A stretch of 62,152 nucleotides of DNA from a virus. Lineage: Duplodnaviria > Caudoviricetes. The stretch covers positions 1-62,152 of IMG/VR virus record IMGVR_UViG_3300023178_003128. One strand, given 5' to 3'. Position 1 is the stretch's first letter. Every line of letters begins with the position of its first letter. The translations under genes and the position numbers were made by a program. The notes beneath the pieces are model-generated. The model was not told where the DNA came from. It was given only the letters and a program-made list of their open reading frames with translations, and did not search any database. Positions 57,782 to 62,152 of this stretch are shown in pieces.

Positions 57782-59236
57782 ATGGCTTCAACATCAAAAA
57801 CGATAGGCGATTTAATAGGTGCAGATGGTGCTGTAACAATACCTGGTGATGGTATTATATTAGCATCCGATTTAGCTGATAATTCAGTTACTACATCTAA
57901 AATTGTTGACGCTAATGTTACAAACGAAAAAATTGATTCTGTAGCTGCAAGTAAAATCACAGGAACATTAGATATAGCCTATGGTGGTACAGGTGCAACC
58001 AGTTCAACATCAGCACTAGACAATCTTTTGCCCGGCGGAGAAGTTTCCGGCTATGTCCTTAAAACTGGCGGTTCAGGCTCTTATTATTGGGGTTCCGCTA
58101 ATGCTGTTTCTGGTAATAGTGTTGGCACTATTATTAATTCAACTAGAATAGTAAATACAGCTAATGCTTCTCAAACGGTGTTTTCTTCTCCAACTTATAC
58201 ACAAGGCGCCAATCAATTAAGAGTTTACATTGATGGTGTAAGACAATTCCCAAGTGCTTACACCGAAACAAGTAACACCTCGTTCACTTTAGGTGAAGCT
58301 CAAGATGCAGGCACTATCGTTTTAGCTGAAGTTGATGGATATGTGGACTATACAGTCAACGCTTCAGATGTTGTATTTTCACCAACGAGCGATATAACAT
58401 CAAACAATGCTCAAGATGCTATTGCTGAAGTAGCAAGTGATTTATCTAATCTAGTCGTCCAAACATCTGGAATTGCTGATTCTGCTGTTACAACAGCTAA
58501 GATTGCTAATGCTAATGTTACTGTCGCAAAAATATCAGCAACAGGCACGGCTTCATCATCAACCTTCTTAAGAGGTGATGGTGCTTGGCAAGCTGTTGGC
58601 GGATTCTCTAATATGCAAGTATTTTCAACACCAGGAACATGGACCAATCCAGGCCAAGTTACAAAGGTTAAAGTGACTGTTCTTGCTGGCGGTGGCGGCG
58701 GTTGTGGTGGTAGAACACCCGGTAACTGGTCCAACAGTGGTGGTGGCACTTATCTAACACAGTCTGCTGCTGGTGGCGGAGCTGCTATTGAAGTTACAAA
58801 TATACCAACCTCACCTGTTCCTGTTACAGTTGGATCTGGAGGTGCTGGGGGTGCATTTCCTGGGTCAAACGGTACAACTTCAGCAGGAACACCTGGTGGC
58901 ACATCATCTTTTGGTTCTTATTGTTCAGCATCTGGTGGTGAGGGTGGCAAAGGACAAGTACCACAATATTCTAATTATCAATTAAGTGTTGGAGGTATTG
59001 GTTCTGGAGGTAATTATAATATTAGAGGTAGCGATGGTAGCTATAATACATCTGGCGCAGGAGCTTTGGGCTCAGGAGCAAAAATATTAAGTTTATATAA
59101 CGGTTTTAACAACACAAATGGTTGGAGTGCTGAATCTGGTTCTGGTGCAGGAGGAACTGGCATGACTTCAAGCGGTAACGGCACTGGTGGTGCCGGTGGT
59201 AGTGGTGGCTCAGGCGTGGTCATTGTAGAATGGTAA
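57782..59236 (+). CDS. tail fibre protein with glycine-rich C-terminal domain
   Basis: AD.AVT.AKI repeats, TFLRGDG.W, VKVTV.AGGGGG...G.SG.VIVEW. Confidence 0.75.
   Translation: MASTSKTIGDLIGADGAVTIPGDGIILASDLADNSVTTSKIVDANVTNEKIDSVAASKITGTLDIAYGGTGATSSTSALDNLLPGGEVSGYVLKTGGSGSYYWGSANAVSGNSVGTIINSTRIVNTANASQTVFSSPTYTQGANQLRVYIDGVRQFPSAYTETSNTSFTLGEAQDAGTIVLAEVDGYVDYTVNASDVVFSPTSDITSNNAQDAIAEVASDLSNLVVQTSGIADSAVTTAKIANANVTVAKISATGTASSSTFLRGDGAWQAVGGFSNMQVFSTPGTWTNPGQVTKVKVTVLAGGGGGCGGRTPGNWSNSGGGTYLTQSAAGGGAAIEVTNIPTSPVPVTVGSGGAGGAFPGSNGTTSAGTPGGTSSFGSYCSASGGEGGKGQVPQYSNYQLSVGGIGSGGNYNIRGSDGSYNTSGAGALGSGAKILSLYNGFNNTNGWSAESGSGAGGTGMTSSGNGTGGAGGSGGSGVVIVEW
58395..58446 (+). repeat. 52-bp exact direct repeat (other copy 61120-61171)
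   Basis: TAACATCAAACAATGCTCAAGATGCTATTGCTGAAGTAGCAAGTGATTTATC in both fibre genes. Confidence 0.9.
58533..58582 (+). repeat. 50-bp exact direct repeat (other copy 62051-62100; degenerate copy near 61260)
   Basis: TATCAGCAACAGGCACGGCTTCATCATCAACCTTCTTAAGAGGTGATGGT. Confidence 0.9.
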
Positions 59237-59264
59237 TTAATTTTTTAACAAAGGAAATAAAAAA

Positions 59265-59573
59265 ATGGCAAAGAAAGCATTAGTATCAACAATAGAAACA
59301 TCAGGTAATCCGGCTGATTTGGGTAACCGAGTTTTAGAGGTTGTTGAAGCTGGCCAAGAGTTTGAAACTCATTCTAGCCTTCAATGGAAAGATTGTGATG
59401 ATACAGTAGAATCTTTTAACTACTGGTGGAAAGATGGTGAATTTAAAAAATTACCACAAGCAGTTGATCCTGTTGAAGAAGCTGGTGAATTATCTCTGGA
59501 TGCAGATGGTAATCCTACCGAACAGCATGTATGGGATTGGGATTCAGAAACTTGGACTAAAGAATCAATTTAA
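59265..59573 (+). CDS. tail fibre accessory/chaperone-like protein
   Basis: Acidic, Trp-rich; directly follows a Gly-rich fibre gene. Confidence 0.55.
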   Translation: MAKKALVSTIETSGNPADLGNRVLEVVEAGQEFETHSSLQWKDCDDTVESFNYWWKDGEFKKLPQAVDPVEEAGELSLDADGNPTEQHVWDWDSETWTKESI

Positions 59574-59583
59574 GGAATAAAAA

Positions 59584-59964
59584 TTGGCGAACACTAAAGT
59601 CACAACCAAAACAATACAGGATGGTGCAATTACCAATTCTAAATTGGCAGGTAGTATTACCAACGATAAAATTACATCACTATCAGCATCTAAATTAACG
59701 GGTGCATTACCTGCAATTGATGGTTCAAATTTAACTGGTATTGCGCCACCTACAACATTAAATGCAGTCGGAACATATAGATTGATTGCTACTACGACTT
59801 CTAATAATAATAGCTCACCATATGGTGCAATAGGTAGTATTGCAGTAAATCCTGGATCATTAACAGGATCTTGGAGAGTTATGGACTTTATAACTACCAG
59901 CGCAATTTCAGGTCCGGTTCAGACCACTTATACCGTTGTAACATTATTAGTAAGGATATCATAA
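59584..59964 (+). CDS. short fibre-like structural protein
   Basis: IQDGAIT..KL, ASKLTGALPAIDGSNLTG motifs. Confidence 0.6.
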   Translation: MANTKVTTKTIQDGAITNSKLAGSITNDKITSLSASKLTGALPAIDGSNLTGIAPPTTLNAVGTYRLIATTTSNNNSSPYGAIGSIAVNPGSLTGSWRVMDFITTSAISGPVQTTYTVVTLLVRIS

Positions 59965-60017
59965 TGGCAACAGAAGCTGATATTAAAGGGTTAGTAATTA
60001 AAAGAGGATAACATAGA

Positions 60018-60554
60018 GTGTCATATTTAGGATCACAAGTAATTAGTTCAGGAACCATAAGGTCTGAAAGATTTTCTGGCAATAGTTCAGATACAGACTT
60101 TGTATTGTCACACGCTCATTCAAATGAAGCCTCATTATTAATATTTGTTTCTGGAACAAAACAAGATGCTTCAACTTATACAATTAGTAGTGGATTATTA
60201 CAATTTAGTTCACCACCAGCAGCAGGTACAAATAATATTGAAGTTATCTATTTAAATGGTCCCATATTACAATACTATGTGACTGATGGAAGTATTGGTA
60301 CTGCTCAGTTAGCAAACAATTCCGTCACCAATGATAAAGTAGAATTTACATATTCATCATCAACACAAACAGCTAATGGTTCAGGACAAACATTTACTGT
60401 AACTGATGGAACAACAGCCAATTCTGCTATCGTTACATATAACGGTATTATTTTATTACCCGTTACTGACTATGACATATCAGGAACAACATTAACAACA
60501 ACATTTACTCCAGTGGCTGGTTCAGAAATATCAGTTCGCTACTTACCAGTATAG
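60018..60554 (+). CDS. paralogue of 56921-57772 (two repeats)
   Basis: Shared TANGSGQTFTVT and DYDISGTTLTTTFTP...YLP C-terminus. Confidence 0.7.
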   Translation: MSYLGSQVISSGTIRSERFSGNSSDTDFVLSHAHSNEASLLIFVSGTKQDASTYTISSGLLQFSSPPAAGTNNIEVIYLNGPILQYYVTDGSIGTAQLANNSVTNDKVEFTYSSSTQTANGSGQTFTVTDGTTANSAIVTYNGIILLPVTDYDISGTTLTTTFTPVAGSEISVRYLPV

Positions 60555-60563
60555 AGGAAATAA

Positions 60564-61901
60564 ATGGCTTCGAATTCAAAAAATATTGCAGAACTTTTAA
60601 ACAGTGATACCCAAATAGCTCTTGCTGATATAGCTGATGGTTCAATTTCAGATGATAAAATTAGTGATGTATCAGCAACAAAATTAACTGGAACAGTTAG
60701 TGTCAACAACGGTGGTACCGGTGCTAGTGATGCTGGTTCTGCTATAAACAATCTTTTAGGTAGTGGCACATCTGGATATGTCCTTAAAACCGGTGGTGCT
60801 GGTTCATATTATTGGGGTTCTGCTAATGCTGTTTCTGGTAATAGTGTTGGCACCATTATTAACTCAACTAGACTTGTTCACACAGCTACTGCTAGTCAAA
60901 CGGTATTTGCTGCTCCAACTTATACAACTGGAGCTGGTCAGTTAAGAGTTTATATTGATGGTGTAAGGCAATTTCCAAGTGCTGTTACTGAAACATCTAA
61001 TACTTCATTTACACTTGATACAGGCGTAAGTTCTGGTACAGTTGTGATGGCAGAAGTTGATGCCTACACAGATTACACTGTTAATGCTTCAGATGTTGTA
61101 TTTTCACCCACAAGTGATGTAACATCAAACAATGCTCAAGATGCTATTGCTGAAGTAGCAAGTGATTTATCAAATTTGGTTGTTCAAACATCTGGAATTG
61201 CTGATTCGGCTGTTACAACAGCTAAGATTGCTGATGCTAATGTTACTATGGCTAAACTATCAGCAACAGGTTCAGCTTCATCATCAACATTCTTACGAGG
61301 CGATGGTGCTTGGCAGGCAGCAGGCGGCTTTGCCAATATGGAAGTATTTTCAATAGCTGGACCAGCTACTTGGACCAATCCAGGCCAAGTTACAAAAGTT
61401 AAAGTGACTGTTGTGGGTGCCGGTGGTGCTGGTGGAGGTACTACGGTATCGCCATCTCCAACAAATGGAAATGCAGGTGGAACATCTAGTTTTGGTACTT
61501 ATATGTCTGCTACTGGAGGTGGCGGTGGTGGTAATACAAGAGGCGCTGCAGGTGGTGCCAGCGGTGGAAATTTTGTTGTATATGGTAAAACTGGTAGTTT
61601 AACTCCCTCAACTGCTAACGTACCTGTTCATGGAGGTGATTCTCTATTAGGCTTTGGAGGACATCCAAGTACACCAGGCTCAGGATTTGGTTCAGGAGGA
61701 GGAGTAACATCATATGGACCAATAAATTTATATTCTGGTTCGGCTGGAGGCGCCACTGTTGGAATAATAAGTATTCCTACGAGTCCAGTTCCAATTACGG
61801 TTGGTGCTGGCGGAACAGCAGGCCCTGGTACTTGGCCTGGTCCATCTGGTCAATATGTTCCAGGTTTAGGCGCTGATGGTGTTGTAATAGTTGAATATTA
61901 A
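60564..61901 (+). CDS. tail fibre protein, paralogue of 57782-59236
   Basis: Near-identical central region, divergent Gly-rich tip. Confidence 0.75.
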   Translation: MASNSKNIAELLNSDTQIALADIADGSISDDKISDVSATKLTGTVSVNNGGTGASDAGSAINNLLGSGTSGYVLKTGGAGSYYWGSANAVSGNSVGTIINSTRLVHTATASQTVFAAPTYTTGAGQLRVYIDGVRQFPSAVTETSNTSFTLDTGVSSGTVVMAEVDAYTDYTVNASDVVFSPTSDVTSNNAQDAIAEVASDLSNLVVQTSGIADSAVTTAKIADANVTMAKLSATGSASSSTFLRGDGAWQAAGGFANMEVFSIAGPATWTNPGQVTKVKVTVVGAGGAGGGTTVSPSPTNGNAGGTSSFGTYMSATGGGGGGNTRGAAGGASGGNFVVYGKTGSLTPSTANVPVHGGDSLLGFGGHPSTPGSGFGSGGGVTSYGPINLYSGSAGGATVGIISIPTSPVPITVGAGGTAGPGTWPGPSGQYVPGLGADGVVIVEY

Positions 61902-61935
61902 AATAAATAAAAAAGTAAAATAACAAGGCATAAAA

Positions 61936-62152
61936 ATGGCAAATACTTTAGCTACGACAGAAGTTTTAAAAAATGCTTCAGTAACAAACGACAAACTTGC
62001 TGGAAGTATATCGCAAGATAAACTCGCTGGAGCTATTCCTATATCAAAGCTATCAGCAACAGGCACGGCTTCATCATCAACCTTCTTAAGAGGTGATGGT
62101 TCTTGGCAAGGTGCTGGAGGTCCAGGTTCATTCAATGTTGATTATTATACTT
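61936..62152 (+). CDS. 5' part of another fibre-like gene (runs off window)
   Basis: MANTLATTEVLKNASVTNDKLAG...SATGTASSSTFLRGDGSW. Confidence 0.65.
   Translation, partial: MANTLATTEVLKNASVTNDKLAGSISQDKLAGAIPISKLSATGTASSSTFLRGDGSWQGAGGPGSFNVDYYT

Noticed and set aside
57782-62152. Diversity-generating retroelement TR/VR pair in the fibre genes
   Set aside because: Differences are mostly synonymous and not adenine-specific, both copies are coding, and no reverse transcriptase is present in the window.
1-62152. Stop-codon reassignment
   Set aside because: Core genes are full-length in the standard code, and TAA, TAG and TGA all serve as stops.

Overview
AT-rich fragment of a T4-like (myovirus) bacteriophage genome. 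Its organisation resembles the large myophages of streamlined aquatic Proteobacteria; the host cannot be determined from this window. About 1-29 kb is an accessory/replication region: 2OG-Fe(II) and JmjC oxygenases, ribosomal protein bS21, RNase H, GT2, GalE, ClpP, MazG-like, methyltransferase, AhpC, a beta-barrel OMP, carbamoyltransferase, a DenV-like glycosylase, an exonuclease, a SleB-like hydrolase, gp33, gp59 and gp32. About 30-62 kb is the baseplate/tail module (gp26, gp51-like, gp54, gp2, gp4, gp48, gp53, hub, gp5, PAAR, gp25, gp6, gp7, gp8, a ~2000-aa virion protein and duplicated tail-fibre cassettes). The most striking element is a tightly coupled operon at 6.5-13.3 kb behind a late-promoter-like motif: csgF, csgG, a curlin-like protein, a secreted FecR-domain protein, an unannotated 40-aa lipoprotein, a second curlin-like protein and a CHASE2 adenylate cyclase. 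I propose it is a phage-encoded trans-envelope sensing/cAMP signalling system. Other highlights are a probable -1 ribosomal frameshift joining gp26 to the gp51-like ORF (lambda G/GT-like), a ~250-nt structured ncRNA candidate with its own promoter and terminator, and several small ORFs missed by the ORF track. All family assignments are from motif recognition by eye; no database searches were run.
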